The notes below the pieces were generated by a model. The model was given only the letters and a program-made list of their open reading frames with translations. It was not told the DNA's origin and did no database searches. A stretch of 41,063 nucleotides of DNA from Candidatus Methylomirabilia bacterium (GTDB lineage Bacteria > Methylomirabilota > Methylomirabilia > Rokubacteriales > CSP1-6), in NCBI GenBank assembly GCA_041492755.1, contig JBGPXN010000022.1, forward strand, positions 1 through 41,063, written 5' to 3'. Positions within the stretch are counted from its first letter, which is position 1. Each line of letters begins with the position of its first letter. The translations under genes and the position numbers were made by a program. This document shows positions 18,928-27,801 of this stretch, in pieces.

Positions 18928-19191
18928 CTAGCGGGAATCCGGCTGCGTCCCCGCGCTCTCCGAATCGCGCTCGCGTTTCGGCGGGCTGGTGCCGGTGCGC
19001 GGGACGATCGCGCCCGCCTTGTCCTTCACGCGCTTGAGCAGGCGGCGGGCCCAGACGAACTCGGTGGCCAGGATGGCCAGTCCGGCGGGAATGACGACCA
19101 CGGCCGGACCCGGTAGAACGATCATCGCGGCCCCGACGGCCACCACGGTTCCGCCCACGACGGCGACGATCAGACGACGCACGAACCTCAC
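18928..19191 (-). CDS. small PGPGW-like transmembrane protein
   Basis: VLPGPAVVVIPAGLAILATEFVWARRLL. Confidence 0.8.
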   Translation of the reverse strand: MRFVRRLIVAVVGGTVVAVGAAMIVLPGPAVVVIPAGLAILATEFVWARRLLKRVKDKAGAIVPRTGTSPPKRERDSESAGTQPDSR

Positions 19192-19225
19192 CGGCCTCTC
19201 CTCGTGCTCAGAGCCCGTGAAGGAA

Positions 19226-19321
19226 TTCGAGGTCGAGGGGCGCCACGGCTCCGCCGGGGCGCCCCGAGCGTTTGGGGGGTATGGGGGGCCATGTCGGGGC
19301 CCCCCATGTACTCAGTTCGAG
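19226..19321. repeat. double-hairpin REP/MITE-like intergenic element
   Basis: GGGGCGCC-ACGGCTCCGCCGG-GGCGCCCC (19237-19265) and ATGGGGGGCC-ATGTCGG-GGCCCCCCAT (19281-19307), flanked by TTCGAG at 19226 and 19316. Confidence 0.55.
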
Positions 19322-19355
19322 CTCGCCCACCCGGGGTGGTGCAAGCCGGCCACCG

Positions 19356-20057
19356 TCAATTCTCGCGGAGCTGCTCCACGAGCGCGCCGAGGCGATCGAA
19401 CTCCACGCCGGTGAGGTTGACGAAGTAGAACGAGCACCCGTCCTGGTACACGCGAACGAGCATGGACATCACCTGGAGGGGGGGACCGCCATCGGGCGGC
19501 TGGAACGAGAGCTTGGCGGCCGCGCCCGCTTTGACCGGTGTCGTGGTCCGGACGCGGATTCCGAAGGCCGAGAGCGACGACGCCGTGCCTTCCCACTGCG
19601 TCCCCGTGTATTCGAGCACGCGAACGGGCATGCGGACACGCGCGCGCGGCGCGCGGCGGCGCTCGATCTCGCGTCCGGCGGCGGTCTGTTCGCGATAGAG
19701 GGCGTGCGGTTCGACGTGGATCATGACGTCGCGCAACCGGTCGAGATCCACCGGCTTGCCCATGAAGTCGAAGGCGCCGAGCCGCAAGCACTCGCGGGCC
19801 TGGTACTCCGTCGCGACGCCGGACACCGCGACCACCGGCACGCCTGACTCGCGGATCGGACGCGAGCGAAGGAGGTCGAGGCCGCTCATGCCCGGCAGGT
19901 TGACGTCCAGGATGATCGCGTGCGGCCGGTGGTGTCCGAGCTTGCCGAGAGCGGCCTCGGCGGTGCGGACGACGACGGGCTCGTGGCCGAGCTCGAGAAG
20001 GTAGTCGCGGAACACGTCCCCGACGTCGATCTCATCCTCGACTACCAGGACGCGCAT
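19356..20057 (-). CDS. response regulator: REC domain plus PilZ-like domain
   Basis: VLVVEDE...ILDVNLPGMSG...VSG...MGKP, then ERRRAPRARV and a beta-barrel-like region. Confidence 0.85.
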   Translation of the reverse strand: MRVLVVEDEIDVGDVFRDYLLELGHEPVVVRTAEAALGKLGHHRPHAIILDVNLPGMSGLDLLRSRPIRESGVPVVAVSGVATEYQARECLRLGAFDFMGKPVDLDRLRDVMIHVEPHALYREQTAAGREIERRRAPRARVRMPVRVLEYTGTQWEGTASSLSAFGIRVRTTTPVKAGAAAKLSFQPPDGGPPLQVMSMLVRVYQDGCSFYFVNLTGVEFDRLGALVEQLREN

Positions 20058-20089
20058 GAGTTCCCGAGTCTAGCACGGGGCGCTCGGAG

Positions 20090-20671
20090 TCAGGCGACGG
20101 GTCGGTCGGTCTCCGCGCGGACGGACGCCCGTCCGCGGCGCATCGCACGCAGCGACGCGCTCACCTGTGCGCCCGTGAAGAACGCCGTCCAGAACGGCGT
20201 CGGGACGGTGCGGTCGTTCATCGGGCCGAGCAGGGCCCGGCTGTCGAAGCGATGAGCGAGACGATACCCGAAGCTGTAGAACGCCGCGATGCTCCGGGGC
20301 GTTTGTTCCCCGTTGAAGATGACGTCGAGGGCCAGATGCATGAGCGCGCCCATCAAGTATCCCCACAGTGGCAGCGGATCGAGCCACCAGGCCAGCGCGC
20401 CGAGCAGGGCGAACAGCTCGTACGAATGCAGCGCGAGCACCGTTCTGCGCACCTGGCCGCCGAGGTAATAGCGCAGGAACGCGCGGGGATGGAGATCGCG
20501 CTGCCGCTCCACGAGCACGTAGTCGACGAAGTGGTCGACGTCGATCAGGAAGCCGCCGGCGACGATTCCGGCAGCCAGGGAGACGGTTGCGGCCGGCGGC
20601 GCGCCCCCGGACACGGCGACCGCGCCCGCGACCGCCACCATCGTGGTGACCAGGTGTCCGCCCGGGCTCAT
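20090..20671 (-). CDS. membrane protein, YdjM-like metal-dependent hydrolase motifs
   Basis: GHLV, IDVDH, LHSYE and MHLALD within hydrophobic segments. Confidence 0.65.
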   Translation of the reverse strand: MSPGGHLVTTMVAVAGAVAVSGGAPPAATVSLAAGIVAGGFLIDVDHFVDYVLVERQRDLHPRAFLRYYLGGQVRRTVLALHSYELFALLGALAWWLDPLPLWGYLMGALMHLALDVIFNGEQTPRSIAAFYSFGYRLAHRFDSRALLGPMNDRTVPTPFWTAFFTGAQVSASLRAMRRGRASVRAETDRPVA

Positions 20672-20930
20672 GCGGATGCGTGACGAGCGGGCAGGAGTGT
20701 CACGGCTGAGTCACAACGCAAGCGCTGTGCCCCTCGTAGGCGCGGCCAAGTCTCGGAGATTGCTCGCGACCGTGAAGCGGCGGCGTGTGCGTCGGTGTCC
20801 AGATGCCGTCAATACGCTGCACATTTTTCCGCGTGCCGCGAGCGTGGCTGTCGGCTGCGGTCGCCCTAACCGGCGCACCACACGCTTGGCCGGCGCGCGC
20901 CGGCGGCTGGGCCGATGGTCTGACCGCGCG

Positions 20931-20983
20931 TGCTATACTGCCATCTTGGGCTGCTCCGACGGGACCTTGGGCGGCTCCGACGG
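20931..20983 (+). promoter_or_regulatory. extended -10 promoter and tandem 18-bp leader repeat of the nuo operon
   Basis: TGCTATACT (20931-20939); CTTGGGCTGCTCCGACGG (20945-20962) and CTTGGGCGGCTCCGACGG (20966-20983); GGAGG RBS. Confidence 0.6.
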
Positions 20984-20992
20984 AGGGGAAAG

Positions 20993-21346
20993 GTGTCCGA
21001 GTACGTGCCGGTCGCAATCTTCACGGTGCTCATCGTCGCCTTCGCCGTCGTGTCGCTGGCGGCCGCGACGCTGCTCCGGCCGTCGCGACCCGATCCCGTC
21101 AAGCTGACGAACTACGAATGCGGCGCCGAGCCGATCGGCTCGGCCTGGGTTCGGTTTCCGGTCGGCTTCTATCTGGTCGCGCTCCTCTTCATCGTCTTCG
21201 ACACGCTCGCCGTGTTCCTCTTCCCGTGGGCGGTGGTCCTCCGGTCCGTCGGTATGCCGGCCTTCTGGGTGATCGCCGGGTTCATGGGGATTCTCTCGCT
21301 CGCCTGGGTCTACGCCTATCGGGAGGGGCTGCTCGAGTGGAAGTGA
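20993..21346 (+). CDS. nuoA: complex I subunit A
   Basis: [31 protein letters not shown]. Confidence 0.93.
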   Translation: MSEYVPVAIFTVLIVAFAVVSLAAATLLRPSRPDPVKLTNYECGAEPIGSAWVRFPVGFYLVALLFIVFDTLAVFLFPWAVVLRSVGMPAFWVIAGFMGILSLAWVYAYREGLLEWK

Positions 21347-21975
21347 AGGCGCCGACGCCCCAGATTCCGCCTCCCGGCTGGGGCGACTTCAAGGACCTTC
21401 AAGAATGGGAGAAGTACCGCCAGGTACGCGCCGACGACGACAAGACGTCCAACGCGCTGGCCGGGATCGCCGACGCGATCCACCACATGCCCGGCGGCTG
21501 GATCGTCACCACCACGACCGAGAAGATCTTCAACTGGGCGCGCAAGTCGTCCATCTGGCCGGCCACGTTCGGCCTCGCCTGCTGCGCCATCGAGATGATG
21601 GCCACGTTCGCCTCGCGCTTCGACGTCGAGCGCTTCGGGATGGTGCCGTTCGCGTCGCCCCGCCACTCCGACCTCATGATCGTGTCCGGCACGGTGACCA
21701 TCAAGATGGCCCCGATGCTCAAGCGGATCTACGACCAGATGCCGGATCCGAAGTGGGTCGTCTCGATGGGCTCGTGCGCGAACTCCGGCGGCCCGTTCCG
21801 CCACGGCTATCACGTCGTGAAGGGTGTGGACCGCGTGGTGCCGGTGGACGTGTACGTGCCCGGGTGCCCGCCCACGCCGGACTCGCTGATGTTCGGGCTG
21901 CTGAAGTTGCAGGAGCAGATCGCCCAATTCCAGCAGACCGGCCGGCGTGCCGAGCCCGCCACCCAGGAGGGTTGA
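21337..21975 (+). CDS. nuoB: complex I subunit B (N2 cluster)
   Basis: [28 protein letters not shown]. Confidence 0.95.
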   Translation: MEVKAPTPQIPPPGWGDFKDLQEWEKYRQVRADDDKTSNALAGIADAIHHMPGGWIVTTTTEKIFNWARKSSIWPATFGLACCAIEMMATFASRFDVERFGMVPFASPRHSDLMIVSGTVTIKMAPMLKRIYDQMPDPKWVVSMGSCANSGGPFRHGYHVVKGVDRVVPVDVYVPGCPPTPDSLMFGLLKLQEQIAQFQQTGRRAEPATQEG

Positions 21976-21982
21976 GCCCGGC

Positions 21983-22429
21983 GTGACCGGCAACCCGGCG
22001 GCCCTCATCCAGGAGACGTTTGCCACCACACCGACGGTCGAGGGCCACCAACTCGCGGTGACCCTGCCCGTCGAACGGTGGCTGGAATTCGCCGGCTTCG
22101 CCCGTCGCGATCTCGGCTGCGCCTACTTCAACTGGCTGTCGGCCGTCGACTGGAAAGACAATCTCGAAGTGCTGTGCCGGGTGGAGAACCTCGAGCGTGG
22201 TGTCGTCATCCTCATGCGTACGCGCGTCCCTGCGGACGATCCCAGGTGCCCGTCACTGACCAGCATCTATCGCGGGGCCAACTGGATGGAGCGCGAGTGC
22301 TATGACCTGTTCGGCGTGACCTTCACGGACCATCCCGACCTGCGCCGCATCCTCCTGCCGCAAGACTGGGAGGGCCATCCGCTGCGCAAGGACTACGCCG
22401 TCGACACCGCCCATGCGCCGTATCGCTGA
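21983..22429 (+). CDS. nuoC: complex I subunit C
   Basis: [29 protein letters not shown]; start approximate. Confidence 0.93.
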   Translation: MTGNPAALIQETFATTPTVEGHQLAVTLPVERWLEFAGFARRDLGCAYFNWLSAVDWKDNLEVLCRVENLERGVVILMRTRVPADDPRCPSLTSIYRGANWMERECYDLFGVTFTDHPDLRRILLPQDWEGHPLRKDYAVDTAHAPYR

Positions 22430-22444
22430 TCGCTGAGGGGCCGC

Positions 22445-23605
22445 GTGGACGTCGAAGCGCGCAAGATCGTCGAGATCGGCTACGGGGGCAACGAGCGCCT
22501 CATCATGAACATGGGGCCCCAGCACCCGTCCGCGCACGGCGTCTTCCGCGCCATCCTCGTGCTGGAAGGCGAGACGGTGGTGGCGGTCGATGCCGTCATC
22601 GGCTATCTGCACCGCTGCCACGAGAAGCTCGCCGAGACCCTGACCTACGTGCAGTACCCGAGCATCGCCTCCAAGACCGACTACGTGAGCGCGATGACGT
22701 CCGAGCTCGCCTACGTCTCGGTCGTCGAGAAGGTCGGCAAGATCGAGGTGCCCAAGCGCGCGCAGTATCTGCGCGTGCTCGCGGCCGAGCTGCAGCGCGT
22801 GGCGTCGCACTGTCTCTGGCTCGGCACCTGGTGCCTGGACATGGGCGGGGCGCTCGGCGGCGGCGCCACCGTCTTCCTCTATTGCATGCGCGAGCGCGAG
22901 ACGATCCTCGACCTCTTCGAGTCGCTCACGGGCGCCCGTCTCCTCTACGGCTTCCACCAGCCGGGCGGCACGCGCTACGACGTGCCGGCGGGCTGGGCGG
23001 ATCGCTGCCGGGAGACGATCGCGGTGATCGAGGGGCGCGTCGAGGAATACGAGGCCATGCTGGACGACAACGCGTTCTTCCTGGTGCGCACCCAGGGCGT
23101 GGGCGTCATCACTCCCGAGCTGGCGCAGGAGATCGGTCTGTCGGGGCCGCTCATCCGCGGCTCCGGCATCGCGTACGACGTGCGCCGCGCGGAGCCGTAC
23201 TCCTCGTACGAGGACTTCGACTTCAAGGTGCCGGTGGAGACCGCGGCCGACTGCTACGCGCGATACCGCGTGCGCATGCAGGAATTCCGCGAGTCGATCA
23301 AGATCGTGCGCCAGGTCCTCGACGGCCTGCCGCCGGGACCGATCTCGTCCCGCCCCGGAGTGAAATCGGTGGGACAGGTACGGGTGCCGAAGGGTGAAGG
23401 GTATGCCCGCGTCGAGGGTGCGCGCGGCGAGGTCGGATGCTATCTGGTCGCCGACGGCGGGGCCAAGCCCTACCGGCTGAAGTGGCGCGGCGCCTCGTTC
23501 TCGAACCTCTCGGTCCTGCCGCACATCATTCCCGGCCACAAGGTGGCGGACGTCGTGGCCATCATGGGCTCGGTGGACCCGGTGTTCGGCGAGGTGGACC
23601 GGTGA
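22445..23605 (+). CDS. nuoD: complex I subunit D
   Basis: NMGPQHPSAHG, GYLHR, C-terminal DPVFGEVDR; no NiFe-binding CxxC pairs. Confidence 0.95.
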   Translation: MDVEARKIVEIGYGGNERLIMNMGPQHPSAHGVFRAILVLEGETVVAVDAVIGYLHRCHEKLAETLTYVQYPSIASKTDYVSAMTSELAYVSVVEKVGKIEVPKRAQYLRVLAAELQRVASHCLWLGTWCLDMGGALGGGATVFLYCMRERETILDLFESLTGARLLYGFHQPGGTRYDVPAGWADRCRETIAVIEGRVEEYEAMLDDNAFFLVRTQGVGVITPELAQEIGLSGPLIRGSGIAYDVRRAEPYSSYEDFDFKVPVETAADCYARYRVRMQEFRESIKIVRQVLDGLPPGPISSRPGVKSVGQVRVPKGEGYARVEGARGEVGCYLVADGGAKPYRLKWRGASFSNLSVLPHIIPGHKVADVVAIMGSVDPVFGEVDR

Positions 23606-24591
23606 GCGTGCCGCCGGTGGCGCTGCAGGCGCTCGGCGCCTTCATCCTGCTGAACGCCGTCATCCTCATGGTGACGTACGTCACCCTGCTCGAGCGCAAG
23701 TTCGCCGCCCGCATGCAGTCACGCATCGGCCCGTACTACGTCGGCCGGCCGCACGGCTGGCTGCAGCCCATCGCCGACGCGCTCAAGCTGATGATGAAGG
23801 AGGACATCGTCCCCACCGCGAGCGACCGCTGGGTCTACAACCTGGCGCCGATCGTCTTCCTCATCCCGTGCGTGCTCATCTTCGCCACCATCCCGTTCGC
23901 GCCCGGACTGGGGCTCGCCGACCTCAACATCGGCATCCTGTTCTTTCTCGCGGTCTCGGCGCTCGAGATCGTCGGGTTGTTCATGGGCGGGTGGGGCTCG
24001 AACAACAAGTACGCGCTGCTGTCGGCGATGCGCGGGGTCAACCAGATCATCTCCTACGACCTGCCCTTTCTGTTCGCCGCGCTGGTGCCCGTGGTCCTCA
24101 CGGGCTCGCTGCAGATGTCGGCCATCGTGGCGGCGCAGCAGGGGCTGTGGTTCGTCGCCTACCCGGTCCTCGGCCAGCTGGCCTTCGTGGGCTACGTCAT
24201 CGCGACCATCGCCGCGGAGAACCGGGTGCCGTTCGACATCCTCGAGGCGGAGTCGGAGCTCGTCGCCGGCTTCCGGGTCGAGTACAGCGGGATGAAGTTC
24301 GCGCTCATCCAGCTCGGCGAGTATGCGCACGTGCTGGGCACGAGCTTCCTGGGCGCGCTCCTCTTCCTGGGCGGCTGGCTCGGTCCCGGCCCGGCGTGGC
24401 TCGGACCGCTCTGGTTCCTGCTCAAGGCGGTGCTGATCTTCCTGCTCGTCACCTGGGTGCGCTGGAGCTTCGTGCGGATCCGGGTCGACCAGATCCTCGG
24501 CATCTCGTGGAAGCTGTTGCTGCCCGCCACCGTCCTGTTGCTGCTCGTCACCGGCCTGGTGGTGGCGGCGGGAGGTGGCGGTGGACCGTAA
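23602..24591 (+). CDS. nuoH: complex I subunit H
   Basis: ERKFAARMQSRIGP, QPIADALKL, PFDILEAESELVAG. Confidence 0.95.
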   Translation: MSVPPVALQALGAFILLNAVILMVTYVTLLERKFAARMQSRIGPYYVGRPHGWLQPIADALKLMMKEDIVPTASDRWVYNLAPIVFLIPCVLIFATIPFAPGLGLADLNIGILFFLAVSALEIVGLFMGGWGSNNKYALLSAMRGVNQIISYDLPFLFAALVPVVLTGSLQMSAIVAAQQGLWFVAYPVLGQLAFVGYVIATIAAENRVPFDILEAESELVAGFRVEYSGMKFALIQLGEYAHVLGTSFLGALLFLGGWLGPGPAWLGPLWFLLKAVLIFLLVTWVRWSFVRIRVDQILGISWKLLLPATVLLLLVTGLVVAAGGGGGP

Positions 24592-25144
24592 CGGCGGCTT
24601 CTGGAGCGAGCTCGGCCCGCTGACCCGCGCCGTGGGCCGGACCATGGGGATGACGCTGCGCAACTTTCTGCGCCGGCCCGTCACGATCCAGTACCCCGAC
24701 GTCCAACGCGCGTATCCGGACCGATTCCGCGGCGTGCTCGCATTGACGTACGACAAGGAGACCGGCGCGGAGAACTGCATCGGCTGCCGGCTGTGCGAGT
24801 ACATCTGCCCGCCCCAGGTCATCAAGGTCGAGATGCTCAAGGCCCCGGGGCGGAACTACGCAAAGACCTTCACGCTCGAGCTCTACGCCTGTGAGTTCTG
24901 CGAGCTCTGCGTGCAAGTGTGCCCGACCGACGCGATCATCATGATGAAGTCGCTCGATCTCGCCACCGCGGACCGGCGCGAGCTCCTGCTCGACAAGGAT
25001 CGCCTGCACACCATCGGCTTGCAGTTCGAGCCGTCGTGGGCGACCGGCACCCGGCTGCGCGACATGCAAGCGCCGCCCAAGGCCCCCCGGGAGGCGAAGG
25101 CCGCCGCCAAGGGAGAGGAGAGCGCGGAGGGCAAGGCGGAGTGA
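24575..25144 (+). CDS. nuoI: complex I subunit I (2x[4Fe-4S])
   Basis: TIQYP, CIGCRLCEYICP and CEFCELCVQVCP. Confidence 0.95.
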   Translation: MAVDRNGGFWSELGPLTRAVGRTMGMTLRNFLRRPVTIQYPDVQRAYPDRFRGVLALTYDKETGAENCIGCRLCEYICPPQVIKVEMLKAPGRNYAKTFTLELYACEFCELCVQVCPTDAIIMMKSLDLATADRRELLLDKDRLHTIGLQFEPSWATGTRLRDMQAPPKAPREAKAAAKGEESAEGKAE

Positions 25145-25635
25145 CGGTCGAGACGGTGGGGTTCTGGGCGGTGGCCGTCGTGCTGCTCGCCGCGAGCCTC
25201 GCCGTGGTGCTCACCCCGAATCTCTTCCACGCCGTGCTCTTTCTGGCGCTGGCCCTCGTCGCCACCGGTCTGATCTTCTTGCTGCTCGACGCCGCCTTCC
25301 TGTTCGGCGTGCAGCTGCTGCTCTACGCGGGCGGCGTGGTGACCGTGCTCGTGTTCGCCATCATGCTCACCGAGCGGCTCGTCGGCGAGCGCATCACCCA
25401 GACCAGCCGCTTCATCGTCAACGGCGCCATCGTGTCGGGGGCGGTGTTCGCGGGGATCGTGGGCTTCCTGGTCCAGGGCCGGGTGCCGGCGGTGCGCGCG
25501 GCGATGGGCCCGGACGCCACGCCCGCCCTCGGCCGCGCGCTGGTCGGCCCGTTCGCGCTGTCCGTCGAGCTCCTCGGTGTGCTCCTCGTCACCGTGCTCG
25601 TGGGCGCGCTCTACTTCGCCCGCTCCGAGGACTGA
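25141..25635 (+). CDS. nuoJ: complex I subunit J
   Basis: QLLLYAGGVVTVLVFAIML; GTGA overlap with nuoI. Confidence 0.92.
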   Translation: MTVETVGFWAVAVVLLAASLAVVLTPNLFHAVLFLALALVATGLIFLLLDAAFLFGVQLLLYAGGVVTVLVFAIMLTERLVGERITQTSRFIVNGAIVSGAVFAGIVGFLVQGRVPAVRAAMGPDATPALGRALVGPFALSVELLGVLLVTVLVGALYFARSED

Positions 25636-25645
25636 CGACCGGCCC

Positions 25646-25945
25646 GTGAGCCTCAACGCCTACCTCGTCCTCGCCGCGCTCGTGTTCGCGATCGGCCTCT
25701 TCGGCGTACTCACCCGGCGCAACGCGGTCGCCATCCTCCTCGGGATCGAGCTCATGCTGAACGCCGTCAACATCAACCTCGTGGCCTTCGCGCGCTTCCA
25801 CGGTGACGTGGTGGGGCTGGTGTTCACCCTCTTCACCATCTCGATCACGGTGGTGGAGATCGGCCTGGGGCTGGCGATCGTGATCGCGATCTTCCGCGTG
25901 CGGAAGACGGTCGAGGCCGACCATCTCACCCTGCTGCGCGGCTGA
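25646..25945 (+). CDS. nuoK: complex I subunit K
   Basis: IELMLNAVNIN, EIGLGLAI. Confidence 0.93.
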   Translation: MSLNAYLVLAALVFAIGLFGVLTRRNAVAILLGIELMLNAVNINLVAFARFHGDVVGLVFTLFTISITVVEIGLGLAIVIAIFRVRKTVEADHLTLLRG

Positions 25946-25974
25946 GCGATGAGGGCTCGGGTGACCGGGAGCAC

Positions 25975-27801
25975 ATGAGCGCCACCGCTCTCGCCCTCGT
26001 CGTCCTCGGGCTGCCGTTCGCCGCCTTCCTGCTCCTGGCGCTGGTGCCCCCGCTGCGGCGGGCCGGACGCACGGGCGGCGCCGTCAGCATCCTCGCCATG
26101 GCGGGGGCGCTGGTCGCCGCCGTCGTGCTGCGCATCCGCGGCCAGGACGGGCTGGCCACGTGGGCGTGGATCCCCGCGGACGGCGGGCCCATGGTCACGG
26201 TCGGCGTGTGGGTGGACGAGCTCTCGCTGTGGATGCTCGTGCTCGTCACGCTGGTGTCGTTGCTGGTGCAGATCTACTCGGTGGCGTATCTCGACACCGA
26301 GCCGCCGCCCGCCCTCGGCCGCTATTACGCCTACCAGTCGCTCTTCTCGTGCTCGATGCTCGGGCTCGTCCTGGCGCCGACCTTCGTGCAGATGTTCGTG
26401 TTCTGGGAGCTGGTCGGCCTCTGCTCGTACCTGCTCATCGGGTTCTGGTACGACCGGCCGGCGGCGGCGCGCGCGGCCGTCAAGGCCTTCTGGATCACCA
26501 AGCTCGGCGACGTCGGCTTCATCGCGGGCATCGTGATGCTGTGGGGCGCCACCGGCACGTTCGACTTCGCCAACCTCTTCGCGATGGCGAACGCCGGCAC
26601 GCTGCCGCGCGACGGGCTGTCCACGATCATGCTGCTGATCTACATGGGCGCGGTGGGCAAGTCCGCGCAGTTCCCGCTCCACGTCTGGCTCCCCGACGCG
26701 ATGGAGGGGCCGACGCCGGTCTCCGCCCTCATCCACGCCGCCACCATGGTCACCGCCGGCGTATACCTGATGGTGCGGGTGCAGCCGCTCTTCCTCCTCA
26801 CCCCGGACGTGCTCACCATCATCGGGTGGGTGGGCGCGTTCACCGCGCTGCTGGCGGCCACCATGGCGTGCGTGGAGAGCGACATCAAGCGCGTGCTCGC
26901 GTACTCCACGGTCTCCCAGCTCGGCTACATGATGGCGGCGGCTGGAGCCGCGGCGGCGGCCGCCGGGTTCTTCCACCTGCTGACCCACGGCGTCTTCAAG
27001 GCGCTGCTCTTCCTCGCCGCGGGCGCCGTCATCCACGCGGTGGGCACGAACGACATCTTCCGGATGGGCGGCCTGTTCCGCGTGATGCCGCAGACCGGCA
27101 TCGTCTTCATCGTGGGCACCCTCGCGCTGGCCGGTGTCTGGCCGCTGGCCGGCTTCTTCTCGAAGGAGGCGATCCTGGCCGGTGTCTGGGAAGGTCAACT
27201 CACCGTCCCGTTCCTGATGCTCGCGCTCACGGCGTTCCTCACGGCGTTCTACATGTTCCGGGTCGTCTTCACGGCCTTCTTCGGTCGGCCCCACCCGGCG
27301 GGCTCGCACCCTCCCCACGACGCGCCGCCGCTGATGGCCGGTCCGCTCTGGATCCTCACCGCGCTCACCGTGCTCATCGGGCTGCGCTTGGCGGTGGGGG
27401 GCGCCGGCGGACATCACGGACCCGGGTGGCTCGCGCCGTTCTCCCTCGGACTGGCGGCGGCCGGCATCGCGCTGGCGTGGGCGACCTACCAGCGTGAGAT
27501 CGTGAGCGCGGCGAGCCTGGCCGCGACGTTCCGTCCCATTTACGTGCTCGCCCAGCGCCGCTACGGCCTCGACGCGCTGTACGCCGGCCTGTACCGCGGA
27601 TTCATCCTCGGCTTCTCGGCGGTGGTGGGCTGGGTCGACCGCTACCTCGTCGACGGCGTGCTCAACGTGCTGTCGGCCGCGACCTACCGCGCCGGCGACG
27701 TGCTCCGGGGACTGCAGACCGGGCGGCCGCAAGACTACGTGTACGGGGTGGCCTTCGGCGTGCTCCTGCTCTTCGTGTGGATGCAGTTCTGGCTCCCATG
27801 A
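25975..27801 (+). CDS. nuoL: complex I subunit L
   Basis: WELVGLCSYLLIGFW, GKSAQFPLHVWLPDAMEGPTPVSALIHAATMV. Confidence 0.95.
   Translation: MSATALALVVLGLPFAAFLLLALVPPLRRAGRTGGAVSILAMAGALVAAVVLRIRGQDGLATWAWIPADGGPMVTVGVWVDELSLWMLVLVTLVSLLVQIYSVAYLDTEPPPALGRYYAYQSLFSCSMLGLVLAPTFVQMFVFWELVGLCSYLLIGFWYDRPAAARAAVKAFWITKLGDVGFIAGIVMLWGATGTFDFANLFAMANAGTLPRDGLSTIMLLIYMGAVGKSAQFPLHVWLPDAMEGPTPVSALIHAATMVTAGVYLMVRVQPLFLLTPDVLTIIGWVGAFTALLAATMACVESDIKRVLAYSTVSQLGYMMAAAGAAAAAAGFFHLLTHGVFKALLFLAAGAVIHAVGTNDIFRMGGLFRVMPQTGIVFIVGTLALAGVWPLAGFFSKEAILAGVWEGQLTVPFLMLALTAFLTAFYMFRVVFTAFFGRPHPAGSHPPHDAPPLMAGPLWILTALTVLIGLRLAVGGAGGHHGPGWLAPFSLGLAAAGIALAWATYQREIVSAASLAATFRPIYVLAQRRYGLDALYAGLYRGFILGFSAVVGWVDRYLVDGVLNVLSAATYRAGDVLRGLQTGRPQDYVYGVAFGVLLLFVWMQFWLP

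Noticed and set aside
22445..23605. possible group 4 NiFe-hydrogenase large subunit
   Set aside because: No N-terminal or C-terminal CxxC nickel ligands; it ends DPVFGEVDR as in NuoD.
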